A DNA stretch of 64,000 bases from Eledone cirrhosa (GCA_964016885.1 OZ024741.1:164300001-164364000), one strand, 5' to 3'. Counted from the first letter of the stretch, positions 13,021-26,503 are shown. A program made the numbers and translations. The notes: a model not told the origin generated them from the letters alone.

Positions 13021-13437
13021 TGAAATTTTTTCATCCTATTTTTCATGTGCTATAAACTTCCAAGAAGCACGCAGTGGACTATGCTTTTAGCATATTAACA
13101 AAAAATATGACTTCCGCTGCAATAAAAAATGACTAGCTTTGTAAATGGTATTTCCACCCACATCCTCCCTCTTTTTTCTACAAAGCTAGTCATTTTCGAC
13201 AGTTTTCCATGTCATAATTATTGATAATATGTGCGAAAAATAGTCAATTGCAGCACCTTTGATGTCAGATTGGGTGGTAAGCACACACACACACACACAC
13301 AGAAAAAAAAAAACAGGAAGAAAAATGTTCTCACTGAGATTAATAGCATGGTGTGATGTAGTATGGTGTAGTTTGATGTAGTTTAATGTGGTATGGTTTT
13401 CAAACCTCCAACATGCTCACAGCCGACTATGCTTTTA

Positions 13438-13773
13438 CCATCATCATCATCATTTTACGTCCACTTTTCCCTGCTTGCAAGGGTGGGACGGGAACTGATT
13501 CTGGCTTGATTTCTACAGCTGGATGCCCTTCCTAACACCAACCTCATTTACAGTGAGTGCTGGGTGGTCTTTGCCATGGCACCTACACGACCACTTTGCA
13601 GTGGAATGATAGGGACACCAGTCCCTATCATCTCATTTCTACAGCTGTGGAAACTGGAGCAATGTGAAATAAAGTGTCGTGCTCAAGGAAACAACACACC
13701 ACCTGGTCTGAGAATTGAACTCACAACCTTTCGATTGCAAGGTCAATGCTCTAACCACTAAGCCATGTGCCTC
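13438..13773 (-). mobile_element. Full-length tRNA-derived SINE, family A
   Basis: A box TGGCTTAGTGG, B box GAGTTCAATTC, CORE-like TTCCTTGAGCA.GACACTT, RTE-like tail with (ATG)n; candidate TSD TTACCAT on both sides. Confidence 0.9.
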
Positions 13774-14319
13774 CATTACCATATTAACAACAAATATGAC
13801 TTTAACTGCAATAAAAAATGACAAGCTTTGTGAAATGTATTTCCACCCACTTTCCGCCCTCTTTTTTCTACAAAGCTAGTCATTTTCAATAGGTTTCAAA
13901 GTCTTCATCGATAATATGTGCAAAAAATAGTTAATTGCGAACACTTTTAATGTCAGATTGGGTGGTAAGCACACACACAAAAAAAGTCAAAAAAAAGCAG
14001 GAAGAAAATTGTTCACACTGAGTTCAATAGCATGGTGTGATGTAGTATGGTGTAGTTTGTTATGGTGTGGTTTGGTTTGGTGTAGTTTTGGTATGGTTTA
14101 GTTTGGTGTAGTTATAACATGGAAACCTATCATAAATTTACCAAGGTATGGTATAATCTGGTTTGGTGTAGTGTAGGTTAGTGTGGTGTGGTGTGTTATT
14201 GTGTTGCATCGTATAGCGTGATTCTCTTTAAATTGAAATCATTAAAATGTAATGCCTATCTTCTATATCTTAAAGAGTGACCTTAAATGTGATTGCAAAT
14301 GACTTTTTTCTCTGGATTA

Positions 14320-17300
14320 ATGTTAGATTTAGGGTTAGTGTTAGGGTAAGTTTTACTGTTAATGGTAAATTTATTGTTAGTGACTGTGTTACTGTTAGCA
14401 TTACTGTCACTGTTAGTGTTACTGTAACTGTTACTCTTACAGTTACTGTTTGCGTTACTGTCTGCATCAGCGTTAGCATTTGCATAAGCGTCTATGTAAG
14501 CTTTTGTGTTAGTGTCTATGTAGACTGGTGTTAGCATCTGCGTTAGTGTTTGGATTAGCCTTAGTGTTTGCGTATGGTGTCAGCATCTATGTCAGCATTT
14601 GCGTCAGCGTCTGCATTGGTGATAGTGATTGTGTCAGCATTTCCCTTAGCGTCTTAGTCAACATTAGTGTTAGCATTAGTGTTTGTTTCAGTGCCTACGT
14701 CTACATCAGCTTCTGAGTCAGCATTATCATTAGCGTCCGCGTCAGCACTTGTGTCAGTGTCAGCGTTTGCATCAGCGTGCACGTCAGCATTTGCATTAGT
14801 GTTTGTGTCAGAGTTTGCATTTGTGTAGGGGTTAGCATTTGCGTCAGCATCTGCATCAGCATTCACATTAGCATTAGCGTTTGCGACAGCGTTTCCTTTA
14901 ACGTCTTTATCAGCATTTCCGTTAGCGTCTGTGTCAGTGTTTCCGTTAGCTTCTACGTCAGCGTTTCCGTTAGCTTCTACGTCAGTGTTTCCGTTAGCTT
15001 CTACGTCAGCATTTCCGTTAGCATCTACGTCAGCATTTCCGTTAGCATCTACGTCAGCATTTCCGTTAGAATCTATGTCAGCGTTTCCGACCGCGTCTGT
15101 GTCAGCGTCAGTATTTACATCTACATCAGCATCAGCGTTTCAGTTAACGTCAGTGTTTACATTAGCGTCTGTGTCAGCGTTTACGTTAGCGTCTGTGTCA
15201 GCGTTTACGTTAGCTTCTACGTCAGCGTTTCCGTAACGTCTACGTCAGCGTTTTCCGTTAGCATTGGCGTTTCCATCAACCTATCCTGTGGCGTCCGCAT
15301 CATTGCAGCGTCTGCATATCCCATGTAAGCGTTAACTTCAGCATTTGCGTTAGCCTTAGCCTTAGCCCTAGCGTCCGCATCAGCATTTGCGTTAGCGTCA
15401 GCATACACGTCAGCGCCGGCAATACTGCCTCAACATTTGCGTCAGCGTTAGCTTGGCTTTGGCTTCAGCAATCCGCATCAGCAATTGCGTTTTGGAGATC
15501 AGCTTCGGCGGTAAGGGTAAACGCTAACTTCTACGCCTGCTTCTACGTAACAACTACGTCAGAGTTTTGTTAGCTTCTACGTCAGCGTTTACGTTAGCTT
15601 CTACATCAGCACCTACGTTAGCTTCTACGTCAGCTTCTACGTTAACATCTACGTCATTGTTTACGTTAGCTTCTACATCAGCATCTACATTAGCTTCTAC
15701 GTCAGCGCTTACATTAGTGTCTGTGTCAGCGTTTGTGTTAGCTTCTACATTAGCGTCTGTATTTACATCTACACCACCGTCAGCGTTTACATTTGCGTCT
15801 GTGTCAGCGTTTACGTTAGCTTCTACGCCATCGCTTACATTAGCGTCTGCATCATCGTTTACGTTAGCGTCTGTGTCAATGTGTTAGCATCTGTGTCAGC
15901 GTTTATGTTAGCGTCTGCGTCAGTGTTTATATTTGCATCTGCGTAAGTGTTTACGTTAGCATCTGTGTTAACATGTGTCAGCGTCTGCGTCAGCATTTTC
16001 ATTAGTGTTTGCATCAGTGTTTGCTTTAGCTTCTACGTCAATGTTTACGTCTGCGTTAAGGTTCACATTAGCATCGCTGTCATCATTTGCATCAGCATTT
16101 GCGTTTGCTTTAACATCTGCATCAACATTTGCATCTGTGTTTGCATTAGTGTCTGCATTTGCTTTAGTGTTTGCATCAGTGTGAGCATTTGTGTCAGTGT
16201 CCACGTCAGAGTCTGTGTAGCATTTACATCAGCGTGTGCATCAGAGTCTTTGTCAGCATTCGCCTTTGCACCTGCATCAGTATTCACGTTAGTGTTTGTG
16301 TCAGCGTAAGTGATTGTGTCAACATTTGTGCTAGCGTTTGTGCCAGCAGAGCCATCTTCGTCAGTGTCAGCTTTGGCGTTAGTGTTTCCATTAGTGTTCA
16401 TGTTAGTGTTTGATTTTGTATTAGTGTTAGCAATTTTGTTAGTGTTAGTGCTAGCATTTTTGTTAGTGTTAGTGTTCAGGTTAATGTTGACTTAGTTTTC
16501 TGGTTATTGTTAGTTTTCAGGTTCGGGCTCATGTTACTTTTAGTGTTAGTGCTCAGGTTAGTGGTTTATGGTAGTGTTAGTTTTAGTGGTAGTGTTAGTG
16601 TTCAGGTTAATGTTCGTGTTAATGACAGTTTTAGTGTTAGTATTTACGGTAGTGTTAGTGTTTCCATTAGTATTAGTGCTAGTCTTTGTTTTTCTGTTAA
16701 TGTTAGTGTTTGTTTTAGTGTTGAGGTTAATGTTAGCTTAGTTTTCTGGTTAGTATCAGTTTTAGTGTTAGTGTTCAGGTTAATGTTAGTGTTAGTTTTT
16801 ATGGTAGTGTTAGTGTTACTGTTAGTGCTCAGATCAGTGTTACTGTTTATGGTAGTGTTAGTTTTAGTGCTAGTGTTTAGGTTAATGTTAGTTTTAGTGT
16901 AAGTGTTCAGATTAGTGTTAGTGTTCAAGTTATGTTAGTGTTAATGTTAGTTTTAGTGTTAAGGTTAGTGTTAGAGATTGTGTTAGTGTTTGTTTTTGTG
17001 TTAATATTTGTGTTAGTATCTCTGTTAGCATTAGTGTTTGATGTTTCCATTAGTGTTAGAGATTGTGTTAGTGTTTGTTTTTGTGTTAATATTTGTGTTA
17101 GTATCTCTGTTAGCATTAGTGTTTGATGTTTCCATTAGTGTTAGTGATTGTGTTAGTGTTAGTGTTTGTTTTTGTGTTAGTATCTCTGTTAGTGTTAGTT
17201 TTAGTGTTAGTGTTCAGGTTAATGTTAGTGTTAGTTTTAGTGTTATGGTTAGTGTTAGTATTTGTTTTTGTGTTAACATTTGTGTTAGTATCTCTGTTAG

Positions 17301-18370
17301 CATTAGTGTTTGATGTTTCTATTAGTGTTAATCTTTGTTTTTGTGTTAATGTTAACTTTAGTATTTCTGTTAGTGTTAGCATGAGTGTTTGTGTTAGTGT
17401 TCAGGTTAATGTTAGCTTAGTTTTCAGGTTAGTGTTAGTGTTCAAGTTAATGTTAGTTTTAGTGTTAGAGATTGTGTTAGTGTTTGTTTTTGTTTTAATA
17501 TTTGTGTTAGTATCTCTGTTAGTGTTAGTTTTAGTGTTAAGGTTAATGTTAGTTTTAGTGTAAGTGTTCAGGTTAGTGTTAGTGATTGCGTTAATGTTAG
17601 TGTTAGTTTTAGTGTTAAGGTTAGTGTTAGAGTTTGTGTTAGTGTTAGTATTTGTTTTTGTGTTAATATTTGTGTTAGTATCTCTGTTAGCATTAGTGTT
17701 TGATGTTTCCATTAGTGTTAGTGATTGTGTTAGCGTTAGTCTTTGTTTTTGTGTTAATGTTAGCATTAGTATTTCTGTTAGTGTTAGCATGAGTGTTTAT
17801 GTTAGTGTTCAGGTTAATGTTAGCTTAGTTTTCAGGTTAGAGTTAGTGTTCAAGTTAATGTTAGTTTTAGTGTTGAGGTTAGTGTTAGAGATTGTGTTAG
17901 TGTTTGTTTTTGTGTTAATATTTGTGTTAGTATCTCTGTTAGCGTTAGTGTTTGTTTTAGTGTTGAAGTTAATGTTAACTTAGTTTTCTGGTTAGTATCA
18001 ATTTTCAGATTAGTGTTTGTGTTAGTTTTACTTTTAGTGTTAGTGCTCAGGTCAGTGTTAGTGTTTATGGTAGTGTTACTTTTAGTGCTAGTGTTCAGGA
18101 TAATGTTTGTGCTAATGTTAGTTTTAGTGTAAGTGTTCAGGTTAGTGTTAGTGTTTGTATTAGTGTTTACGGTAGTGTTAGTTTTAGTGCTGGTGTTCAG
18201 GTTAGTGTTAGTGTCAGTTTTAGTGTTAGTGTTTGTGTTAGTTTTCTATTTATGTTAGTTTTCAGATTTTGTGTTTGTGTTAGTTTTCATGTTAGCGCGA
18301 AGTTCACTGTTAGAGCATGTGTGAGTGTAAGTGTTAGGGTAAGTGTTATTTTTAAAGTTTAGCTTAAAGT
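14320..18370. repeat. Compound hexamer satellite: (GTTACT) to (GTCAGC/GTTAGC) to (GTTAGT), with a 24-bp higher-order unit near 14915-15075
   Basis: Direct reading, e.g. GCATTTCCGTTAGCATCTACGTCA repeats. Confidence 0.9.
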
Positions 18371-21011
18371 TAGGTTTTCTACTTTCCACGAAAAAGGTTG
18401 ATCCTCTCTAACTTGAGTGGTGTGATATAGTGTGGTAAAGTATAGTGTTTCATAGTCTTGTGTGGTATTGTCTATTGTTGTATAGTGTAGTATGGTATAT
18501 TGTTTCATAGCATGGTCTGATGTGAGGTCGTACAGTGTTTTGTAGTGTGGTGTTGGATAATCTGGTAGGGTATAATGTTTGTGAATGTGGTGTGGCATGG
18601 TATAGGTTGATGTAGTGTGGCTTAGTTTGATTATAATAATACAAATAATAATAACAATAATAATAGTAATAATAATTGTTCTTCTTGTTCATTTTCTTTG
18701 TCTTCTTCTGTGCCTTTGACTGCTTCTGTGGCTTTGACTTCTTCTGTGCCTTTGACTTCTTCTGTGCCTTTGACTTCTCCTGTGCCTTTATCTTTTCTGC
18801 CATCTAAATACCAAAAACAAAGAATGTAAAACATATATGTTGCCTATCTCTCAGACTTTACAAAGTGCTGAGGAGATAAAGTTAATTTAAAGAGCAGTGT
18901 GCTCATGCACTGTGATCCAATAATGTATCTTATAAGCTATTTCATAACTAAAAAACAATGTCAAACATCAACAAAAGTATATACAAATATCTTTGAATGT
19001 TTAAGTTAAACCTAAATAGATCGTATCTACAGGTCATTAGGTTAGGACTGAACTAAGATCATATCTATAAATCATTAGGTTTAGACTGAACTGAGATCAT
19101 ACTTTCTTCTTCTTTTCGTCATCTTCGTTTCCCGTGTCTTCTTTGTCTTTGTTGTCATTTTCATTTCAGTCGTCTGCTTCGTCGTCTTTTTCTTCTTTTC
19201 CATCTAAATATTTAAAAAAATTGTAAACATATATATAGCTGATCTCTCAGACTTTCACGAAACACCGAGGAGATACAGTTAATATAACGAGTGGGGAGCT
19301 CATATATATATATATATGGTATAGCATGGCGGTATGTGGTCTGGTGTGGTACAACATGGTGTGATGTGGTGTGGTATGATATGGTGAGGCGGGGGGCGGG
19401 GACACAACGTTAGATTAATGTTAACAATACACATGTAGCACCCACATGTGATGAGAAGGGGAAACAGTGTTTAACTAATTTTAACATTACATGTAGCATC
19501 CATCTACAGGTGATTAAGTTAAGACTGAGGTGTAATCATATGAAAAGGTCAATTTAAAACTACACTGAGATTCTGCTTAAAATGATGGTCAATGAAGTGT
19601 TTACTTACTCAGATCCTTTGAAATAACTTTCTTTCTCTTACTGTAACTGGACATACCTACGAAATAGAAAACAGTCGAATAGACAGTGGTGTGGTGTGGT
19701 GTGATTTAGTGTAGTGGACAGGACAGTGGTGTGGTGTAGTGTAGTGGAGTATGGTTTAGTGTAGTGGACACTGGTGTGGTGTAGTGGAGTGTGGTGGGAT
19801 GTAGTGTGGTAGCATGTGTTGTGATGGCATGTGATGTGATGTGATGTGGCGTGGCATGGAGAAATGTTATGTGATGTGATGAAATGTGGCGTGGCATGGT
19901 GAAATGTGATGTGGCGTGGTGAAATGTGGCGTCACATGGTGAAATGCGACGAGACGATACGTGGTGTGATGTGATGGCATGCAGAGTGATTTGATGTGGT
20001 GTGATGTGATGTGAAATTTTTTCATCCTATTTTTCATGTGCTCTCAACTAATCCAATCTCCAAGATGCTTGAAACTGACTTTTTCCCCCCAGGAAAACGG
20101 CGGGGTGAGGTGCTTCACCCTTCACCCGGATAACTCCTGCTTACTCGGAATTTTCTCTTTGATTCTATTTTCATGCGTTATCAGTGAATATGACTTCCAA
20201 ACCAGTCAAAAACAACTAGCTGTGGAGAAAGAGGAGAGGGAGAGAGGAAGAGTTATGCAGATCTACACCCCACTCACATATTGTGGGACTTAATCATTTT
20301 CGGTATAATTCCTGTGCTATTAATTTCCTATGCTATTTCCTATGCTATTTCCTATGCTATTTCCTGTGCTATAGCACTCAAAAGGAGACCGAAGAAAAAA
20401 TCATTAGGGTATATATCTACAAAACGACAATGGTTTTTCCACCTGCTTTACCCATCCTTTTTTCTAGAACAACTAATCATTTCCAACTGGTTTGGAGGTC
20501 ATATTCGTTGATAACATACGAAAAATCTTAGAGAAAACTCTGGGGTTAAATGAGAGAAGTGCATCCACCTAAGTTTTCCATGAAGAGAGAATCAATAACA
20601 AACATCTTGGAGATCAGATTAGTTGATAACATGAAAAAAAGATGAGGAAAATATTTTGGGTGTTATGTGGTATGGAGTAGTGTGGTGTGTTTTTATGTGG
20701 AGTGGAGTAGTGTGGTGTGTTTTTATGTGGTGTGATGTGTGGTGTGTTGTGTTGTGGTGTTATGTAGTGTGGTGTAGTGTTGTATGTTTTTATGTCGTGT
20801 GGTGTGGTGCAGTGCGGTGCAGTGAGGTTCTTCATCTTTATCTTCTTCATCTTTGTATTCATCTTCTTTGTTTTGTCTTCCATCTAAACGAAAAAAATAT
20901 ATATATAAAACATATATGTAGCCAATCTCTCAGACTTTTACAAAGTTCCAGGGAGATAAATTTAATAAGTGGTGTGTTACTGAACAGAGATACTACAAAA
21001 TAGCTTAAAAG

Positions 21012-21088
<77 letters not shown>

Positions 21089-21099
21089 AATAAATATAC

Positions 21100-23152
21100 A
21101 CGGGTGTGTATGATTGTGTATAGAAGATTATATTAATAAAAGGAATTCCAACTTTGTCTGATTTACTCGTTTTATTTACAATCCTTTAAAATTATAATGG
21201 AATTAGAATGAAATAGTATGGTAGAATATTAAGTGTTAAGTGTTAATTGAACAAGTAATTTCATGCTTTCGCAATCTTCAGGTTCATATTCTGTGGTGAC
21301 AGTCAAGTTTACAATTTTCAACTGTAATGAGATGGGTAAATCTTGTGCCTTATATACAGCGAAAAGCGGCTACAGAATGCTAGATTTTGCAAACCGTATT
21401 TCCACCAATCGGTGTGTAGTTTCACTGGATTACTGAAGCTGATTGGTTTAGGCATCACGGTTGGTTGGGCATGTCTAACGACTTCTATTTAGCCCTATTC
21501 AAAGCATCAATTGTTTTGCTATTTTTAGAAATGATGAAAATAGCATTTTCTAGGGTTTTTATACCCCTAAGAATTATTATTGTTCATTTACAAATGAGCG
21601 CAGAAAGCAAAGAAGAAAATAGTGTTTAAGGAAGAGAAGACTCTAACATCAAAATATATATGTTTATGAAGTATTTTCTAATGGTAATAATATAATGTAA
21701 TAAAGGAGATTAGTTAGGGTTTAAATTTGTTTTTATGTATTGTGATGTGTGATATGTAAAAGTCAGAAGAGCATGAAAGGGAGAAAAATATAATGAACTG
21801 AGGAGCAATAATCTAACGTCAAAAAAATATTTATGTTTACGAAGGATTTTTAAAGGTAATGCTATAAAGTATTTAAAAGGAAATAATAATTTTTATGGCC
21901 AATGATATGAAGAAAGATGAAAGAGTGGATATGTTGTGAGTAATAATAACAATTGAGAAGTAGTTAGGAAGAAAAAAGTACAGATTAGAGGTTAGAAATT
22001 AAAAGAAAAGAGGAAGAAAGGAAAGTGATAAATAGGAATGATATAGAATGAGTAACTAGTATTATATAATGTATAATAAATAATATTGAAATAAGGTAGA
22101 AAGATAGGTATATTTTTGGAAGGTTCTGTATTGTTGGAAAGTTTAGATGGTAGTGTCTGAGTTTTTTGTCGATTATTAGAATTACTGGCACTGGTTTGTT
22201 TGGTCGACTGTTTAGAGTTGACAAGTTGTTTTATCACAGGTGTCTTCCACTCTTTAAGTAAATGATTTAAAAATATCTGTACTTGGGAGTCAGAAGAATC
22301 AAGCAGTTCTTTCATATATTCTTCAACATCTAAGTTTCATATATTCTTCAACATCTAAGTTTCATATATTCTTCAACAACTAAGTTTTTTTCAAGACAAT
22401 GGTTGTTGAGAGGACATTTATTTTTAACAAGGCAATTACAATTACGATTAGAGAAATTAACAGAGTTATTAACAAGTGACCTAGTGTTATCTATAGGAGG
22501 AATTGGATTGGAGAAGTTATTTACGATAGGAATAATAGTTTCCTGATTTAGATTGGTATTATGAACAATCGACGAAGTTACGTTTGACGTCGTATTTGAG
22601 TTTGCAGAAACTAGCCTAGAGTTAACAATGACGTCGGAAGTACTACTGCTATTATTATGACATTCAGTGTTGGAAGGAAGTGATTTAGTATTTAATATTT
22701 TATTGTTGTGTTTAGAGATAATGTTGGAGGAGGTGGAATAGGAAAATGTTATTATATGTTTGTTAAATATTTTACTATAGATATGTGAGGGAGGGAAGCA
22801 TTTATTTAAGGCACTAAAGAATAATTTAGGAATATTATTATTAATAGAAATAGAGAAAGGAGCATTATACCAGATTATAATTTTGTATCTAGGTCTTTTA
22901 TTTATGTTATTGGAATGATCATAATTAATTATTTTACTGTAAGATCTTCTAGGATTGCTTTCTTTACTGTATTTGATTTTATCAGGATAACCGGCTTTAG
23001 AAAGCGCATTATTATAGTAATTGGCGTTAGCAACAAAGATAGTTTTATTAGATGATAGGTTTGATATTCTTTTTCCAATATTACTAACTATAGCATATTT
23101 AATGTTAGTGGGGTGGTTAGATTAAAAATTAACATAATTTAGATTCTCATTA
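21100..23152 (-). mobile_element. Penelope-like element, second family: 5'-truncated, endonuclease missing
   Basis: Manual minus-strand translation from ~23150 gives NENLNYVNF*SNHPTNIK..KRISNLSS..YYNNALSKAGY..IIWYNAPFS..FPPSHIYSKIFN..SYS..CNCLVKNKCPLNNHCLEKNLV, collinear with the PLE ORF at 27780-28270; flanked by (TA)n. Confidence 0.85.
21248..21286 (-). ncRNA. Minimal type-I hammerhead ribozyme motif (degenerate)
   Basis: TGAAC-CTGAAGA-tTGCgaaaGCAt-GAAA-ttac-TT-GTTCA; lies downstream of the minus-strand PLE fragment. Confidence 0.55.
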
Positions 23153-23337
23153 AATATATATATATACATACATATTAGTTTTGACCGTCGGTCAGTCAAT
23201 GGCAACATTGAGGACCGAGTAAGTTAGACCGCAGATATAAAAGACAGCGAGAAGCGAAAACCAACCAAACAGTGAGTGTGTTCTGTTATTAATTCTGGCA
23301 ATATTACGCAAATATGACCCTCCCCAAATATAACAAT

Positions 23338-23398
<61 letters not shown>

Positions 23399-23429
23399 AT
23401 ATTAATAAATGGAAACTGATATTATTTAC

Positions 23430-23560
23430 CTTTTTCTTATCTTTTGCTTCTTCTTTTCTCTTGCGTTTGTCGACGCGCTATTCCCTGGATAAAAATGGCG
23501 CTAAACTTTTCCTTTTGAAAGAATAATGTGATTTGTCACGTGATTGTGTTCACGTGATAT
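23430..23560 (-). promoter_or_regulatory. Candidate promoter / first exon
   Basis: Two TCACGTGA E-boxes (~23537, ~23550), YY1-type AAAATGGCG (~23492), local CpG enrichment, and a minus-strand donor AAG|GTAAAT at ~23430. Confidence 0.3.
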
Positions 23561-23709
23561 TACCTCTAAATATGTGTATGCGTATATACACCACGCATAT
23601 ATATATACACGCAGAAACACACACATACAATAACGACGAGAACTACGATTCTCGGAACATGAAGCGCTCTGCCGCAGAATAAATGGTATTTAATTTTAAT
23701 AATAATACT

Positions 23710-23755
<46 letters not shown>

Positions 23756-23818
23756 TAATTGAATTGATTATCAATATCGTTTTTATGGCAAAAGATAGAC
23801 CGAGAGGGAAAGATTTTG

Positions 23819-23865
<47 letters not shown>

Positions 23866-24341
23866 AAAAAGAAGAGAAAAAAACGAGACCCTTAGAAACG
23901 AATAAGAGTCATCAAAGCGATCATATGTATTGCTTTAAACTGTATTGCGAAGGGATACACTAGTATTTGAGGTACCATCATTTGGGATTTTAACCCTCTC
24001 GGTTTTGAAATTTAGGGAAAATTTAGGGGTGACTGGGAATATTACATAATGTAGGGATTTTCTTTTCCTTTTCTATCATTTCTTATTTATGTATTTATAT
24101 ATTTATTTATCTACTCTCGTGATTGATATTCTGACAAATGTTAGGGGGTGTATTGATTATACTTGTCTTTTGTGTTTTTCAATCCAGATATTTTCATTTT
24201 TATTTTATTTTTGCGCAGCCTATCTTACAATTTTATATTTGTACTTATTTATCCACATTTCAATATGGCTGAACGCCTTAATGTGTGTATACTTTTTATA
24301 TATGTACACGAGTGACTATGTATGTGCGCGCGCGTGCGTGT

Positions 24342-24395
<54 letters not shown>

Positions 24396-25136
24396 AGGTG
24401 TTTCTGTGTGTGTGTATGTATATATTATGCGTATGTGTACGTGTCTTTATATCCGTGTTTTTGACATCTCGGTTTTATGTTTTGTTCCCTTTTTCTTCTC
24501 CCCCCTTCCTTTTTTTACTTACTCAGTTTCATACGAGGGTATGTAAACAGGTTTATATGCGTGAGTATAGGTATGTGTGTGTGTGTGTGTGTGTATGTAC
24601 GTATCGAACGTATGGAAGTGTAAGTGCGCGTGTTTATATAACCATAATTATTTTTACATTTCTTTTGTGAGACACGCGTGTCTGTGTATGTATATACCCC
24701 TCTTTTTTTGTTTTCTTTAATTTTTTCTTTCTAATTTATCGTTATTATATTTTTATAAATATATCGAGACTGACCCTTTTCTTTTAATTATTACACTCCC
24801 TTACCTCCTTTCTTTCCGCACCTAAGCGTACGAGTGTCCAGGCGTTTTATGCGCGCGCCTTTCATATTCGTATATTTACGATGTAACCATTTCTGTTTGT
24901 ATAATACAGACATATAGATACATTTGCCCTATTTTAGAATTACGCACACTTTCTCACTATACATGTACATGTACACATATACATATATGCACATCTGTGA
25001 GCGCATATACATACATATACACACACCTAACTATATTTCTTGATAGATTTTTATATATTTCAATTTCTATTTCATTTATCTATATCTTTTTTTGATTTTC
25101 TTGATGTGTTTTTCTAAGTATTTGCCCATGTTTTAT

Positions 25137-25214
25137 ATTGCCTCGTCTGACGAACGAATGAAGTCGTTTATTTCGTATTCGCCTCATTCGGGAAACCTCT
25201 GGTAATGAGGTAAT
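25137..25214 (+). ncRNA. Type-I hammerhead ribozyme motif
   Basis: Stem I ATTGCCTCGT/ATGAGGTAAT, CTGACGA, stem II CGAATGA/TCATTCG, GAAA-CC-tct-GG-TA; A.G mismatch at the stem II base. Confidence 0.75.
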
Positions 25215-25236
25215 TATATTGTATTGATTTTTATAC

Positions 25237-25270
<34 letters not shown>

Positions 25271-25366
25271 GATGAAGTAATTCCGTCGGAAAAGTCCAGG
25301 AAAGAAGAGTGCTCTATGTAGGTAACAGAGCTTAATAGTTATGTAATAAACAACATAAGGCAATTA

Positions 25367-25426
25367 TTCCATTTACCAGTGGTTTCTTAAAAGCAAAAGA
25401 TTTTGCTTTCAATCCTCAGAATGAAA
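25367..25426 (-). ncRNA. Type-I hammerhead ribozyme (PLE family 1, intact core)
   Basis: TTTCATT-CTGAGGA-TTGAAAGCAAA/TTTGCTTTTAA-GAAA-CC-act-GG-TA-AATGGAA on the minus strand. Confidence 0.85.
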
Positions 25427-25565
25427 AAATCCTGGTCTGTTTATTGAATTTGGATTTTAAAAACAAAAATGCAATCTATATGAAAGTGAGGCTGGAGAAG
25501 GAAGAAGGAAAGGAAAAATAAAATAAAACTACACATGCAAACACACACACAAAAACACACAAAAG

Positions 25566-25637
<72 letters not shown>

Positions 25638-25854
25638 AACACATATATATACATATACATACACACACACACATATATACACACATCTATATGTGTATAT
25701 AAATACACACAAACACATACATATACACATATATACATACGCACATAAATATCAACACATCCATATACACATACATATATACAACCACACACGCATATAT
25801 ACACACATACATACACATAGAAACATAAATATAAATACATATACATACACACAT

Positions 25855-25902
<48 letters not shown>

Positions 25903-26336
25903 ATGTATGTGTACAAGCATACACATACACAAACATAGCCATACACACATACATATACATACATACATACATGCACACAATCATACATATATACACACGT
26001 TCATATATACACATACATAAATGCACTCCTCTACATATTCACACACGCAAATAAATATAAGAAAAAATATAGATATATATATAAAAAAAAAAAAAAAATT
26101 TTGACAGCGATACAAACTGCAGGTAACTGGACAGACACGCGTGGTAGGTAATACACACAAATGCACGTATACATACGTACGAAATAGTAAATACATACAC
26201 ACACTCTCGCACATAAATATACATATACAAATACATAAACACATACAAATACGCAAATACATGCACAAACACGCACACGCACACGTATACAATTATACAC
26301 ACACACATACACACACATATGTATATGTAATTATAT

Positions 26337-26381
<45 letters not shown>

Positions 26382-26503
26382 AATATAAAAATACACACAC
26401 ACACACATATATGTATACATACACACACACATACATAGCTATACAATTATACACATACAAATACGTACATATCATAAACACGCACAACCAAATACAAACA
26501 CAC

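Larger units (their letters stand above)
9270..20040. repeat. Local tandem segmental duplication (unit 1 ~9270-13040, unit 2 ~13040-20040), partial third unit to ~21010
   Basis: 11200-13050 is near-identical to 18290-20040 (offset ~7.07 kb); 9585-11200 matches 16540-18290. Confidence 0.9.

Noticed and set aside
9588-17983. Many VL-, NT- and AS-rich ORFs
   Set aside because: Translations of hexamer satellites, open in several frames and on both strands; no coding signal.
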